Positions 38,627 to 49,502 of a stretch of DNA of 64,000 nt are shown one piece after another; the stretch's first letter is position 1, and each line of letters starts with the position of its first letter. This stretch comes from an uncultured Actinomycetes bacterium (GTDB lineage: Bacteria; Actinomycetota; Thermoleophilia; Solirubrobacterales; Solirubrobacteraceae), in assembly GCA_963701495.1 (NCBI GenBank), contig CAVOZY010000002.1, positions 10,651-74,650 of the forward strand. Reading direction: 5' to 3'. The notes under the pieces were generated by a model, which was not told the DNA's origin, did no database searches, and saw only the letters and a program-made list of their open reading frames with translations. A program made the translations under genes and the position numbers.

Positions 38627-40246
38627 CTACTCCCACTCGATCGTGCCGGGCGGCTTGGATGTGATGTCCAGCACCACCCGGTTGACGTCGCGCAGCTCGT
38701 TGATCATGCGCGAGGCGATCTGCTCGAGCAGGTCGTAGGGCAGACGCGCCCAGTCTGCGGTCATGGCGTCGTCGCTGGTGACGGCCCGGACGACCACGAC
38801 GTAGCCGTAGGTTCGTTCGTCGCCCTGGACACCCACGGTGCGGATGTCGGGCAGCACGCAGAACGACTGCCACAGCTCGCGGTACAGGCCGGCTTTGCGG
38901 ATCTCGTCCTGGAGCACGTGGTCAGCGTCACGCAGGAGGTCCAGGCGCTCCTTCGTGGCCTCGCCGCCCACGACCCTGATCGCGAGGCCGGGGCCCGGGA
39001 ACGGCTGGCGCCAGACGAGACGCTCGGGCAACCCGAGCTCGGCGCCGACCGCGCGCACCTCGTCCTTGAAGAGCGCGCGGAGCGGCTCGACAAGGTCGAA
39101 CTCGAGGTCGTCGGGCAGGCCGCCGACGTTGTGATGAGACTTGATCGTCGAAGCCCCGGTGCCGCCACCGGATTCGATCACGTCCGAGTAAAGCGTCCCC
39201 TGGACGAGGAACTTCGCATCGCCGACTCGGGCCGCCTCCTCCTCGAACACGCGGATGAACTCGGTACCGATGATCTTGCGCTTCGCCTCCGGCTCGCTGA
39301 CACCGGCGAGCTTGTCGAGGAAGCGATGCTCGGCATCGACGGCCACCAATGGCACCTCGAACTGGTCGCGGAAGGTCTCGATCACCTGCTCGCCCTCGTT
39401 CTTGCGCATCAGCCCGTGATCGACGAAGACGCACGTCAGCTGGTCGCCGATCGCCCTGTGGACGAGCAGCGCCGCGACCGACGAGTCGACCCCGCCGGAC
39501 AACCCGCAGATGACCTGTCCATCACCGACCTGTGCCCTGACCCGAGCGATCTGCTCCTCGACGATCGAGGCCGCCGACCACGTCATCTCACATTCGCAGA
39601 CATCACGCAGGAAGTGGGTCAGCACCTCCTGGCCGTAAGGCGTGTGAACGACCTCAGGGTGGAACTGGATGCCGTAGATCGCGCGTTCGGCCGACTGGAA
39701 GGCAGCGACCGGGGACTGCGTCGACGACGCGAGCGCGTCGAAACCGGGCGGAGCCTCGAAGACGGTGTCGCGGTGCGACATCCAGCACGGCTGCTTGCTC
39801 GGCTGCCCGGCGAACAGCACGCCGGGCTCGAAGATCGACAGCTCGGACCGCCCGTACTCGCCGACCTCGGCGGCCTCGACGCGCCCGCCGAGTTCCAGCG
39901 CCAGCAACTGCATTCCGTAGCAGATGCCGAGCACGGGGATTCCGAGGTCGAGCAGCGAGCGATCGAACCCCGGCGCTCCCGGCGCGTAGACCGATGCGGG
40001 ACCGCCCGAGAGGATCAGACCCTTGGGCTTGCGCCGCGCGACTTCTTCGGCGCCGACGTGGTGGGGCAGCAGCTCGGAGAAGACCCCGCACTCGCGCACG
40101 CGCCGAGCGATCAGCTGTGAATACTGACCGCCGTAGTCGAGCACGACGACCTCGTCGACCGCGCGCGGCAGATCGATCCGCGCGGACTCGTCGGCGAACC
40201 CGACGGCCGCTACGTCGGCGGTGATCGCGTTGTGGTCCTCGCTCAC
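38627..40246 (-). CDS. guaA: GMP synthase (glutamine-hydrolysing)
   Basis: 539-aa ORF with the GATase motif GICYGMQ, the PP-loop SGGVDSSV, and the C-terminal KPPGTIEWE. Confidence 0.95.
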   Translation of the reverse strand: MSEDHNAITADVAAVGFADESARIDLPRAVDEVVVLDYGGQYSQLIARRVRECGVFSELLPHHVGAEEVARRKPKGLILSGGPASVYAPGAPGFDRSLLDLGIPVLGICYGMQLLALELGGRVEAAEVGEYGRSELSIFEPGVLFAGQPSKQPCWMSHRDTVFEAPPGFDALASSTQSPVAAFQSAERAIYGIQFHPEVVHTPYGQEVLTHFLRDVCECEMTWSAASIVEEQIARVRAQVGDGQVICGLSGGVDSSVAALLVHRAIGDQLTCVFVDHGLMRKNEGEQVIETFRDQFEVPLVAVDAEHRFLDKLAGVSEPEAKRKIIGTEFIRVFEEEAARVGDAKFLVQGTLYSDVIESGGGTGASTIKSHHNVGGLPDDLEFDLVEPLRALFKDEVRAVGAELGLPERLVWRQPFPGPGLAIRVVGGEATKERLDLLRDADHVLQDEIRKAGLYRELWQSFCVLPDIRTVGVQGDERTYGYVVVVRAVTSDDAMTADWARLPYDLLEQIASRMINELRDVNRVVLDITSKPPGTIEWE

Positions 40247-40277
40247 CGGGCGACCCCGGCGCGGACGTGCGCGCGTG

Positions 40278-41522
40278 TCACGCAGGCGTCCCGGTCAGCG
40301 CCGGAGTCTTGTCGGGCGGAATGCCATCGGCGTCGCCCTGCGGGCGGCTCGCCGCTGCACCCCGACTGCCCATCCCGACACCCTGTGACGACTGCAGCTG
40401 CTTGCCTTCGGTCTGGAGCGACGGCGCGATCATCAGCTCGGCGCGGTTGAACTCCGCAACGTCCTGGTAGCCGCACGTCGCCATCGAGGTCCGCAGCGCA
40501 CCCATCAGGTTGAAGGTGCCGTCGTTCTCGTGCGCCGGCCCGATCAGGATCTCCTCCAGTGAGCCGTTCTGCGTCGTCTGTACGCGCGCGCCGCGCGGGA
40601 GCGACGGGTGGAACGTCGCCATGCCCCAATGGAATCCGCGGCCGGGCGCCTCGTAGGCACGTGCCAGCGGCGAGCCGATCATCACGGCGTCCGCGCCGCA
40701 GGCGATCGCCTTCGCGACGTCGCCGCCAGTGCGCATGCCGCCGTCCGCGATCACCTGGACGTACTCGCCCGTCTCCAGCATGTGCGTCGAACGGGCACCT
40801 GCGACGTCGGCGATCGCCGTCGCCTGAGGAACACCGAGGCCGAGCACCCCGCGCGTCGTGCACGCGGCACCGGGACCGACACCCACCAGCACTCCGGCGG
40901 CTCCGGTGCGCATCAGGTGCAGCCCCGTGTGGTAGCTGGCGCACCCGCCGACCACCACCGGAACGGGCAGGTCCGCGATGAACTCCTTGAGGTTGAGCGC
41001 CTCGCTCGTCCTCGAGACGTGCTCGGCCGAGACGACCGTGCCCTGGATCACGAGGATGTCGAGACCCGCGTCGAGCACCATCTCGTAGTGCGAGGCGACG
41101 CGCTGAGGAGTAAGCGACCCCGCGGTTACGACCCCGCTGTCCTTGATCTCCTGGATCCGGCGGCGCATCAGCTCCGGATCGATCGGCTGCTGGTAGATCG
41201 CCTGCATCTCACGCGTGGCGAGATCCTTGGGCAGCTGGGCGATGCGCTCGAGCTGCTCGTCGGCGTCCTCATAGCGGGAGAAGATGCCCTCGAGGTTCAG
41301 AACCGCGAGGCCGCCGAGCTTGCCTACGATCGTCGCGGTCGTGGGCGAGACGACGCCGTCCATGGCCGACGCGAGCAGTGGGATGTCGAAGCGGTACGGG
41401 CCCAGCTTCCAGGAGATGTCGACGTCGTCCGGGTCACGCGTGCGCCTCGATGGCACGATCGCGATGTCGTCGAATCCGTACGCGCGGCGGGCCTTCTTCC
41501 CGCGGCCGATCTCAAGCTCCAT
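40278..41522 (-). CDS. IMP dehydrogenase-related protein without CBS insert (GuaB3-like)
   Basis: 414-aa [37 protein letters not shown]... with a TIM-barrel IMPDH/GMPR pattern ([24 protein letters not shown]). It has a low-complexity C-terminal tail. Confidence 0.8.
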   Translation of the reverse strand: MELEIGRGKKARRAYGFDDIAIVPSRRTRDPDDVDISWKLGPYRFDIPLLASAMDGVVSPTTATIVGKLGGLAVLNLEGIFSRYEDADEQLERIAQLPKDLATREMQAIYQQPIDPELMRRRIQEIKDSGVVTAGSLTPQRVASHYEMVLDAGLDILVIQGTVVSAEHVSRTSEALNLKEFIADLPVPVVVGGCASYHTGLHLMRTGAAGVLVGVGPGAACTTRGVLGLGVPQATAIADVAGARSTHMLETGEYVQVIADGGMRTGGDVAKAIACGADAVMIGSPLARAYEAPGRGFHWGMATFHPSLPRGARVQTTQNGSLEEILIGPAHENDGTFNLMGALRTSMATCGYQDVAEFNRAELMIAPSLQTEGKQLQSSQGVGMGSRGAAASRPQGDADGIPPDKTPALTGTPA

Positions 41523-41667
41523 CAGATGATCCTAGGCTCGGGGGCGGACGAAACGACCCCGCGCAGACAGGGTCGAGAGGCGGAACTGCGAGGCGTGGCG
41601 GGCGGCGACGGCCACGCCGCGAGAATAGCACCGCGGGCCGTCCGGCAGGCGGCCGCGCAACCCAGGC

Positions 41668-42627
41668 TCAGAGAGCCTCGGCAGGCGTCTCGAGCCGCTC
41701 GACGTCGACCCCGGCGAGCAGCCGCCCCACGCCTTGCGGGTCGACCACGCCGGCGCCGAGACGCTGGGTCGACTCTGCGCCGCAGGCGACGCCGTAGCGC
41801 AGGCACTCGTCCGGTGCGGAGCCCTCGTAGCGTGCAGCGACGTAACCGGCCAGGAACGCGTCGCCGGCGCCGATCGCGGCGACGGCCTCGCGGCGCGCGA
41901 TCCTCACACGGCGCAGGGCGGGCCGTCCGTCGACGACGACGTTCGCCACACACCCGTCGGGCAGGGTCACGATCGCCTCGCGCGCTCCGAGCTCGAGCAA
42001 CTCGCAGGCCGCGACGACGCGATCCTGCTCGTCGTTGAATTCGTGCCCGACGAGCTCCTCGGCCTCCAGTACGTTCGGGGAGACGACATCGGGCTCTGCG
42101 CGGATCGCGAGCCTCATCGGCTCACCTTCGGCATCCACAAAGGTGGTCACACCCAGTCGGCGCAGCTCGGGAATCATCTCTGCGTAGATGGCCGAGTCGA
42201 CCCCCGGGGGGAGCGACCCCGCGAACACGACGATGTCGGCGCCGCGAGCCAGGTACAGCAGCTTGTCGCGGAACAGCTGCACCTCCCTGGCACTCACCTC
42301 GGGGCCGCGCTCGTTGATCTCGGTCTCGGTGCCGCTCGTCGGATCGTTGACCGCGGTGTTCGTCCGCGACTCCTCCCTCGTCCGCACGAAGTCGCTCAGG
42401 ATCGACTCCTGCGTCAGCGCCTCGACGATTCGCGTCCCGGTCGCGCCCCCCGCGAAACCCGTGGCGATCACCGGCTGGCCGAGGTTCTTGAGCGTCCTCG
42501 CCACGTTGACGCCCTTGCCGCCGGGCAACGTTCGCTGTTCAACGGTTCGATGACGCCGTCCGAGTCGGAAGTTCGGAACCGACAACGACTTGTCGATCGC
42601 AGCGTTGAGGGTGACGGTGATGATCAC
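41668..42627 (-). CDS. pfkB: PfkB-family sugar-phosphate kinase (1-phosphofructokinase / tagatose-6-P kinase type)
   Basis: 319-aa ORF MIITVTLNAAIDK..., with PGGKGVNVA and GAGDAFLAGY. Confidence 0.8.
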   Translation of the reverse strand: MIITVTLNAAIDKSLSVPNFRLGRRHRTVEQRTLPGGKGVNVARTLKNLGQPVIATGFAGGATGTRIVEALTQESILSDFVRTREESRTNTAVNDPTSGTETEINERGPEVSAREVQLFRDKLLYLARGADIVVFAGSLPPGVDSAIYAEMIPELRRLGVTTFVDAEGEPMRLAIRAEPDVVSPNVLEAEELVGHEFNDEQDRVVAACELLELGAREAIVTLPDGCVANVVVDGRPALRRVRIARREAVAAIGAGDAFLAGYVAARYEGSAPDECLRYGVACGAESTQRLGAGVVDPQGVGRLLAGVDVERLETPAEAL

Positions 42628-43913
42628 GCGATCCTGCTCCTCGCGCCGCGCCCGCTCCGATCCCGGCGACGGCCGCGCGCCCGGCCCAGGCTAGCGGCCG
42701 CTGCAGCTCCGAGAACCAGCGCGAGCAGCAGCACCGGTGCGCTGGTCGTCCAGCGATTGCGCTCGTACCAGGAGGCCTGGGCGACGGCTCCAGCCGTCAC
42801 GAGCGGCACGCGGTCGACCACCATCCCGCGGCGCCGCACCACGAGCGTCCCGAGCCGGGTCCGCGCCGGAAGCGGACCTTCGACCTCGCGCGGCAGACCG
42901 GTGGCCGTCGCGGTGGCGCGTTCCCCGCGGCGGACGACCACCCTGGGCGTCCGCGCCGGGACGACGCGCACGCCCTCCCCACCTCCGTGCTTGACGCGCA
43001 CGCGTTTCACCGCGCGGCCCCGCGAGACCGGCACGCTGGTTCCCGCCAGCAGCGGCGCCGCGACCCGGTAGCGCCCGAACCCGTAGGCCATCAGCTTGAG
43101 CGTGTCGGCGTTTCGAGCCGCCTCGCTGCTCGTGCCCATGACAACGCTGACGAACTCGACTCCGCCGCGGGTCGCGGATCCCACGAGCACGTAGCCCGCG
43201 CGGCGCGTGTGGCCGGTCTTGACCCCGCTCATCCACGGCACCGCGCCGATCAGCGTGTTTCGGTTGTTGACGACCCTGACCCGAGACCCACTGCGCAGCA
43301 CGGCCCGCGGGCGGTCGACGACCTTGCGGGCGAACGGCTTCGCCCGCACTAGCAACGCGAGCTTTGCGAGATCTGAAGCCGTCGAGTAGTTGCCCGACGC
43401 GTCGAGTCCGATCGGGTTGGCGAAGCGGGTGTCGCGCAGGCCGGCGCGCCGCGCACGCTCGTTCATCATGCGAACGAAGGCCGAGCGTGATCCGCCGACG
43501 TCGACGGCGATCGTCGCCGCGGCGTCGTTCGCGCTGGCGAGCAGAAGCGCCCGCAGCAGGTCGGCGGTCGTCAGGCGTTCCCCCGCGCGCAGGCCGGCGA
43601 GCGACTCGGCGGTCGCGGCCCGGTAGCCGACCACGGTCATCTTGTGTGACAACCGGCGGCGTTCGAGCGCCAGGAGCGCCGTCATGAGCTTCGTCGTCGA
43701 CGCAATCGAGCGGCGCTGACCGGCCCGGCGCTGAAGCACGATGTCGCGCGTCGCCGGCTGGATCAGGATCGCCGCGGGCGCGGACAGCGCAGGGCCTCCG
43801 CCGCCCTGGGCCGATGCCGAACCGGACGACCCCGGCGCGACCGCGCCCGCGAGGGCCAATGCGGACGCGGCCAGGATCGGCCGCAACGCACCGGCTAGCG
43901 CCGGCGATCTCAC
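42624..43913 (-). CDS. D-alanyl-D-alanine carboxypeptidase (peptidase S11) with a C-terminal membrane anchor
   Basis: Has a signal peptide, SIASTTKLMT (SxxK), LASANDAA (SxN), VKTGHT (KTG) and a hydrophobic C-terminal helix. Confidence 0.85.
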   Translation of the reverse strand: MRSPALAGALRPILAASALALAGAVAPGSSGSASAQGGGGPALSAPAAILIQPATRDIVLQRRAGQRRSIASTTKLMTALLALERRRLSHKMTVVGYRAATAESLAGLRAGERLTTADLLRALLLASANDAAATIAVDVGGSRSAFVRMMNERARRAGLRDTRFANPIGLDASGNYSTASDLAKLALLVRAKPFARKVVDRPRAVLRSGSRVRVVNNRNTLIGAVPWMSGVKTGHTRRAGYVLVGSATRGGVEFVSVVMGTSSEAARNADTLKLMAYGFGRYRVAAPLLAGTSVPVSRGRAVKRVRVKHGGGEGVRVVPARTPRVVVRRGERATATATGLPREVEGPLPARTRLGTLVVRRRGMVVDRVPLVTAGAVAQASWYERNRWTTSAPVLLLALVLGAAAAASLGRARGRRRDRSGRGARSRIA

Positions 43914-44248
43914 CGGCGGAGCTTGAGGCGCTGCCCCGGCTGCAGCGCCTGCACGTCGAGATCCGGGTTGAGCTCCTCGAGCCGACCGACCGACACACCG
44001 GTCTCCAGCGAGATCGCCGACAACGTGTCGCCGCCCCGGACCGTGTACGTGCGTTTGGTGGGCTCAGGCGACGCCGGTTCGCGCGTGGTCTCGGATGTCG
44101 TCACGCGGGTCTTGGTCGCCGCCGGACGCCCGTCGCCGGACGCATTGCCGCCCCTCGTAGCGTTACGCGCGATGCCGTAGCCCGTGACGGCTACTGCGAC
44201 GATCGCGAGCGGAGCCAACCACCGCGTGGGCCGACGACTTTCTGACAT
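43910..44248 (-). CDS. LysM-domain membrane-anchored protein
   Basis: 112-aa ORF with an N-terminal TM helix and the C-terminal LysM YTVRGGDTLSAISLETGVSVGRLEELNPDL. Confidence 0.8.
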   Translation of the reverse strand: MSESRRPTRWLAPLAIVAVAVTGYGIARNATRGGNASGDGRPAATKTRVTTSETTREPASPEPTKRTYTVRGGDTLSAISLETGVSVGRLEELNPDLDVQALQPGQRLKLRR

Positions 44249-44280
44249 CCGTCAGCGCAGGATAAGGCCACGGGTCCCTG

Positions 44281-45196
44281 TCACCCTGCAAGCGCCCAGG
44301 CTGCGGCTCGCAGCCGCTCCGCCTCCGCACGTGCCGCCTGCCGGGGCGAGGCACCACTCTGGTCGGCGTAGACGATCGCGCGCGATGCGGTCACCAGCCC
44401 GGCGGCCCGACCCGGGGCGAATGCGGGTGCGAGATCCTCGACGCGACCTCCCTGGGCGCCGACGCCGGGCAGCAGGAAAGGTGCTCGCGGCATCAGCTCG
44501 CGCAGGCGCGCCAGGTGCTGCGGTGCGGTGGCGCCCACCACGGCCCCCACGTCATCGAGGCCGGTCCCGCCGGAGAGCCCGTCGACGATCCGTGCCACAC
44601 GCTCCCAGACCGTTCCCCCCTCAGCGAGGGTGAGGTCCTCGACATCGGCGGCGCCGGCGTTCGAGGTCCGCACGAGCACGAAGATCCCGGCCCGGGCGCC
44701 ACGGGCCGCTCCCGCGAGCACCTCGAGCGTGTCGGCGCCCATGTACGGATTCGCCGTGAACGCGTCCGCGCCGAGTCCGGCGACATCGCCGAATGGCGTC
44801 GCCGTGGTTCCGACCATCGCCTGCCCGTAGGCCTCCGCGCTCACATCGATGTCGCCGCGCTTTCCGTCTGCGATCACGAGCAGCCCGCAATCGCGGGCGT
44901 GTGAGCAGGTGTCGGCAAGAGCCGTCCACCCGGCTGCACCCAGGCGTTCGAAGCAGGCCAGTTGCGGCTTGACGGCCACACAGGCTGCGCCGGCCGCGTC
45001 GATCACCGCGCGACAGTGCGCGGTCACGGCCGCTGCGGCGCGCTCGGCTGCCGAACCCGGCCGAGGCCGCTGAAGCCGCATCAGGCCAGAGCCGGGCCGG
45101 GTCAGGGTCAAGTCCCAGTACGACCTGGGACTCGCGCCGTGCGACGAGTCCCGCCAGCCGATCCGCGAAGCGCAGACCGGCCGACGGGTCGTCCAA
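44281..45196 (-). pseudogene. pyrF: Orotidine 5'-phosphate decarboxylase (type 2) with one frame break
   Basis: ORF 44621..45196 begins ..FADRLAGLVARRESQVVLGLDPDPARLWPDA. ORF 44281..45111 continues ..VAVKPQLACFERLGAAG..LVIADGKRGDIDVS..VLVRTSN..PGVGAQGG. The break is near 45085. Confidence 0.8.
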
Positions 45197-45210
45197 CGGA
45201 ACTTCGCTCG

Positions 45211-45486
45211 TCAGTGGTTGACCGACTTCTTGAGTGCCGCGCCGGCGCTGAACTTCGGCGACTTGGACGCTGCGATCCTGATCTTCTCGCCGGTCCGCGG
45301 GTGCACGCCCATGCGCTCACCGCGCTGTGCGACGTGGAACTTGCCGAACCCGGAGAACGTTACTTCGCTTCCGCGCGAGAGCGCGTCCTCGATCGTGCCG
45401 AGAACGGCATCAACGGCATCCTGCGCCTGCTTCTTCGACAGGTCGGCCCGCTCGGCGATGTGGTCGACGAACTCAGACTTCGTCAC
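45211..45486 (-). CDS. hup: HU-family nucleoid-associated DNA-binding protein
   Basis: 91-aa ORF MTKSEFVDHIAERADLSKKQAQDAVDAVLGTIEDAL..GFGKF..RMGVHPRTGEKIRIAA. A strong AAGGAGG lies just upstream of the GTG start. Confidence 0.9.
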   Translation of the reverse strand: MTKSEFVDHIAERADLSKKQAQDAVDAVLGTIEDALSRGSEVTFSGFGKFHVAQRGERMGVHPRTGEKIRIAASKSPKFSAGAALKKSVNH

Positions 45487-45728
45487 GGTGCGCTCCTCCT
45501 TGGAGAGGTCTTGGGTGTTTCGACGCTAACAGCGATTACGGACGAGCGGTTGGTGAATCGCCCTCTGGGCGCCCTGTCAGCGACACTCAGACAGCCCGAA
45601 ACCCGCAGTTTGCGGCCTTCACGATGGCGTGAGGTCGGCCCAGTCTCGCCTCCCTGCCGGACGAAACGCCCCGACGCTCCCCTCTGCGGGCGCCCGGGAG
45701 GGACGGCGGATCTGGGACGATTGCCGCG

Positions 45729-45869
45729 ATGACGCTCGCCCGGATCGCCTGGTCGCTGACCGTCGGCACCTGCCTGATCGGGGCGGTGCTCCTGTTCGTC
45801 GCCGGGTATCAGGGCTACGGCGTCCTTGCGATCGTCGTCGGCGCTGCGGCCGCGATCAATCTGCGCTGA
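45729..45869 (+). CDS. 46-aa hydrophobic micro-protein (candidate)
   Basis: Not in the ORF track. It reads atg acg ctc gcc ... ctg cgc tga = MTLARIAWSLTVGTCLIGAVLLFVAGYQGYGVLAIVVGAAAAINLR. It has GC-rich third positions and two predicted helices. I see no clear ribosome-binding site. Confidence 0.35.
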   Translation: MTLARIAWSLTVGTCLIGAVLLFVAGYQGYGVLAIVVGAAAAINLR

Positions 45870-45880
45870 ACGGCAGCCGC

Positions 45881-47284
45881 TCAGGCCGGCTCGGTGTGGA
45901 CGACGACCTCCGCCAACTCCGGCATCGCGGCTTCAGCGCGCGCCTCGACCCGGGCTGCGATCTCGTGTGCCTCGGCGAGTGTCCCGCTGCCGGGAAGCGC
46001 CAGGGTGACGAATGCGACGAGCCCGCGCGGCTCGCGGTGCAGGCGCAGCGATCGCGGCGGCGTGCCGGTCATCTCGGTCACGATGCGCTGCAGCTCATGG
46101 CGGTGCTGCTCGTGCTCGTCGGGGGTCGCGGTCCGGGCCGCGACCGGGCCGGCCAGCGGCTCGACGTGGACGTGGACGCGATCGATCTCCGGAGCCGCGG
46201 CCAGGATCGCCTCCTCGACCGCATCGCACACCGCGTGCGCGTAGTCGAGTGTCTCGTCCGCGGGAAGTTTCACATGCAGGCTGAGGATCCTCGATTCGTC
46301 CAGCGTGACCGTGCGCACGTTGTGGATCTCGCGCACGCGACGCACCGACAGCGCAGCACCGGTCACGCGCTCGCGGAGGTCGCCGCCCCCGTGAGGCTCC
46401 ATGTGGACGGTTACGTCGCTGTCCGGGAGCGCGGCACGAATCGCACGCTCAGCGCTGTCGGCCACGACGTGGCTCTCCTGGAGCGCGGAGTCCGGCGCGA
46501 TCGCAAGCACCACGTCGATGAACGCCCGCCCGCCCGCCTCTCTCGTGCGAACGCGCCGCAGGTCCGCGCGTGGCTCCGCCTCGGCGATCGCTGCGCGCAC
46601 AGCCTCCGTGGCACCGGGCGGCTCGCGGTCCATCAGGACATGAACGTTCTCGCGCATCAGGCGCAGCGCTGCGAGTACGACGAGGATCGCAACGACGATC
46701 GCAGCGACCGAATCCCCCTCGGGGGTGCCCGCGCGCACGAGCAGCAGGCCGACCAGCACGGCCGTCGTCCCGGCGAAGTCCGAGGCGAAATGCACCGCGT
46801 TCGCGGCAAGCGCAGGGCTGCCATAGCGGCGGGCCGCGCGCGACGAGACGAGTGCACGGCTCAGGTCGACGGCAAGCACGATCGCGACGACCGCGAACGT
46901 CCACCAGGTTGCGTCGACCTCGTGCGTCGAACTTCCCGTCAGTCGCGCAATCGCCGCACCGACCACAGCGACGCTCACGAGAACCAGTACGGCGCCCTCC
47001 GCCAGCGCAGCGAGATGCTCCGCCTTGCCGTGTCCGTAGGCGTGCTCGCGATCGGGCGGGCGAACCGACACGCGGAGCGCCAGCAGCGTCAACACGGCCG
47101 CGGCGAGGTCGGTCCCCGAATGCGCGGCCTCCGCCACGAGCCCCAGTGATCCCGAGAGCAGGCCTGCGCCGAGTTTGAGCAGAACCAAGCCGGCCGCGGC
47201 CAGCACGGAGAACCGCGCAACCCGCTGCTGCGGTGTCGGCCGGTCCGTTGTGTGTGCCGCCATGACGTCTAGCTCGATGGGCAC
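45881..47284 (-). CDS. Cation diffusion facilitator (CDF) transporter with three C-terminal cytoplasmic-domain repeats
   Basis: The 467-aa ORF has a TM core with AHSGTDLAA and HAYGHGKAEHLAAL. Three consecutive segments follow, each ending in a VHxEP-type motif (VTVHMEP, VHVHVEP, VVVHTEPA). Confidence 0.75.
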   Translation of the reverse strand: MPIELDVMAAHTTDRPTPQQRVARFSVLAAAGLVLLKLGAGLLSGSLGLVAEAAHSGTDLAAAVLTLLALRVSVRPPDREHAYGHGKAEHLAALAEGAVLVLVSVAVVGAAIARLTGSSTHEVDATWWTFAVVAIVLAVDLSRALVSSRAARRYGSPALAANAVHFASDFAGTTAVLVGLLLVRAGTPEGDSVAAIVVAILVVLAALRLMRENVHVLMDREPPGATEAVRAAIAEAEPRADLRRVRTREAGGRAFIDVVLAIAPDSALQESHVVADSAERAIRAALPDSDVTVHMEPHGGGDLRERVTGAALSVRRVREIHNVRTVTLDESRILSLHVKLPADETLDYAHAVCDAVEEAILAAAPEIDRVHVHVEPLAGPVAARTATPDEHEQHRHELQRIVTEMTGTPPRSLRLHREPRGLVAFVTLALPGSGTLAEAHEIAARVEARAEAAMPELAEVVVHTEPA

Positions 47285-47293
47285 CGCGCCGCT

Positions 47294-47866
47294 TCAGCGC
47301 GAGCGCAGCCAGGCGAGCAACTGACGCGCCGCGCGGCCGCGATGACTGATCGCATCCTTCTCGCCCGGAGACAACTCGGCCATCGTGCGGTCGGTGTGGT
47401 CGTCGTCGGGTACGAACGCCGGGTCGTAGCCGAACCCTCCGCTGCCGCGAAGCTCGGCGGTGAGCGTGCCCCTGCACTCCCCCTCGAAGACCCGCTGATC
47501 GCCGCTCACCGGGTCGACGACCGCCAGCGCGCAGACGTATCGCAGAGCGCTGCCGTCCGGCGCCTCGGAGAGCAGCTTCTCGAGGTTCTCCGCGTCGGTC
47601 GCACCCGGTCCGGCGTAGCGGGCGGACAGGACGCCGGGGACGCCTCCCAACGCGAGCGCTTCGATGCCCGAGTCGTCGGCGATCGCCGTGCATCCGGTCG
47701 CCTCGGCGGCGACGCGCGCCTTGGTGATCGCGTTCTCGGCGAAGGTGGCGCCGGTTTCGGGCGGCAGCGCGACGCTCTCGGGTATCCGCTCGAGGTCGTG
47801 CGGCATGAGCAGCAGAGAGAGCTCGCGCAGCTTGTGGGCGTTGCCCGTGGCAACGACGAGCCTCAC
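47294..47866 (-). CDS. rdgB: Non-canonical purine NTP pyrophosphatase (RdgB/HAM1)
   Basis: 190-aa ORF MRLVVATGNAHKLRE..., with DDSGIEALALGGVPGVLSARY and GFGYDPAF. Confidence 0.9.
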   Translation of the reverse strand: MRLVVATGNAHKLRELSLLLMPHDLERIPESVALPPETGATFAENAITKARVAAEATGCTAIADDSGIEALALGGVPGVLSARYAGPGATDAENLEKLLSEAPDGSALRYVCALAVVDPVSGDQRVFEGECRGTLTAELRGSGGFGYDPAFVPDDDHTDRTMAELSPGEKDAISHRGRAARQLLAWLRSR

Positions 47867-48597
47867 GGCGTCCCGGCCTCGATCGCCGTGTCCTGCGCGA
47901 CGCGGAGTTCGCTGATCCCCGTGCGGGCGAGTTCCAGCAGGTCGTCGAGGTGGGTCCTGGCGAGCGGCGTGCCCTCGGCCGTCGCCTGCACCTCCAGTAG
48001 TCCGCCGTCCCCGGTCATGACGACGTTGGCGTCCACCTCGGCCGAGGAGTCCTCCGGATAGTCGAGATCGAGCAGCGCCTCCCCCGCGACGATCCCGCAG
48101 GAGACGGCCGCGATCGTGTGCGTGAGCGGCGAGCGCTCAAGCCGCCCGTCGGCGACCAGCCGCGCACAGCCCAGCGCGAGCGCCACGTAGCCACCGGTGA
48201 TCGATGCGCAGCGGGTTCCGCCGTCGGCCTCGAGCACGTCGCAGTCGATCCAGATGGTGCGCTCGCCGAGCGCGTCGAAGTCGACCACCCCTCGAAGAGA
48301 GCGTCCGATGAGTCGCTGGATCTCGACCGTGCGCCCATCGACGCGCCCCCGGGTGGAGTCGCGCGCCTTGCGCTCTCCGGTCGACGCCGGCAGCATCCCG
48401 TACTCCGCGGTGAGCCAGCCCTTGCCGCTCCCCGCCCGCCAGCGCGGTACTCCGTCCTCGATCGCTGCGCTGCAGATCACACGCGTGCCCCCGCATGCGA
48501 TCAGCGCCGATCCCGTGGCGGTGCGCATGAAGCCGGGCTCGATCGTCACCGGCCGAAGCTCACCCGAAGCGCGTCCCGCTGGTCGGCGCCCGCTCAC
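47863..48597 (-). CDS. rph: Ribonuclease PH
   Basis: 244-aa ORF with GSALIACGGTRVICSA, DGRTVEIQRLIGRSLR and DCDVLEADGGTRCASITG. Confidence 0.9.
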   Translation of the reverse strand: MSGRRPAGRASGELRPVTIEPGFMRTATGSALIACGGTRVICSAAIEDGVPRWRAGSGKGWLTAEYGMLPASTGERKARDSTRGRVDGRTVEIQRLIGRSLRGVVDFDALGERTIWIDCDVLEADGGTRCASITGGYVALALGCARLVADGRLERSPLTHTIAAVSCGIVAGEALLDLDYPEDSSAEVDANVVMTGDGGLLEVQATAEGTPLARTHLDDLLELARTGISELRVAQDTAIEAGTP

Positions 48598-49502
48598 GGA
48601 ACCCTCTCCCCGGCCGTGACGCTGACGGCCTCGACCGTCCCGAGCGGAAGCTGTAGAAAGCGCGTCCCCTGGGCGCGGAAGGCTTCAGGATCTCCGGTGC
48701 AGAGGAACTCGTATGTTCCCTCGCCCTCGCGCGGAGAGGCCAGTCCGCGGGAGCCGAGCGCGTGCTCGACCTGACGCGCGAGTGCTGCGCCCGACGTGAT
48801 GATCTCGACCCCCCGCCCCAGCATCCGCTGGAGCATCGGGCGCACGAGCGGGAAGTGGGTGCAGCCGAGAATCACCGTGTCGACACCCGCCTCGCGAAGC
48901 GGAGCGACGTAGCCGCGCACCACCTCGACGACCTCGTCGTCGAAGGGGAACCCGGCCTGGATGATCGGCGCGAGGTCCGGACAGGCCACATCGACCAGGT
49001 CGACGTGCGGGTCGGCGGCGTGAACCGCACGGGCGTACGCGCCACTCGCGACGGTCGCCGGAGTGGCCAGCAGGCCGATGCGGCCGTTTCGCGTCGCGGT
49101 CACCGCCTGCACCGCCTCCGGCCCGACCACCCCGAGCACGTCGACGCCGAGCGTCGTCTCGGCCGAGCGCGCGCGCAGCGCCGGGAGAGCCGCCGCCGTC
49201 GCCGAGTTGCACGCCACGACCAGCAGCTTGGCATGCCGCGCCAGCAGCGCCTCCGCGATTTCGAGCGCGAAGCGCTCAAGCTCATCCGGCTCGCGGACGC
49301 CGTACGGGAAGCGGGCCGTGTCACCGAGGTAGATGAAGTCCTCGTGCGGAAGCTGGACCAGCAACTCATGCAGCACGGTGAGCCCGCCGACACCGGAGTC
49401 GAAGACCGCGATCGGTCTTCTCCGCGAAATCGCCGCTGCTGTCCCGCACCGCGTGAGCATAGGGCCATACCCGGCGATCGGAGGCCTCGCCGGCGGCATC
49501 AC
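48594..49502 (-). CDS. murI: Glutamate racemase
   Basis: Shows IAVFDSGVGGLTV, VVACNSATA and LGCTHFP. The start at 49502 overlaps the upstream stop by 4 nt; ATG 49460 is an alternative start. Confidence 0.85.
   Translation of the reverse strand: MMPPARPPIAGYGPMLTRCGTAAAISRRRPIAVFDSGVGGLTVLHELLVQLPHEDFIYLGDTARFPYGVREPDELERFALEIAEALLARHAKLLVVACNSATAAALPALRARSAETTLGVDVLGVVGPEAVQAVTATRNGRIGLLATPATVASGAYARAVHAADPHVDLVDVACPDLAPIIQAGFPFDDEVVEVVRGYVAPLREAGVDTVILGCTHFPLVRPMLQRMLGRGVEIITSGAALARQVEHALGSRGLASPREGEGTYEFLCTGDPEAFRAQGTRFLQLPLGTVEAVSVTAGERVP

Noticed and set aside
38489-40120. 543-aa ORF on the plus strand
   Set aside because: It lies antisense to guaA, which has GATase and PP-loop motifs. 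The same applies to 40608..42038 opposite the guaB3-like gene, and to 41734..43071 and 45629..47149.
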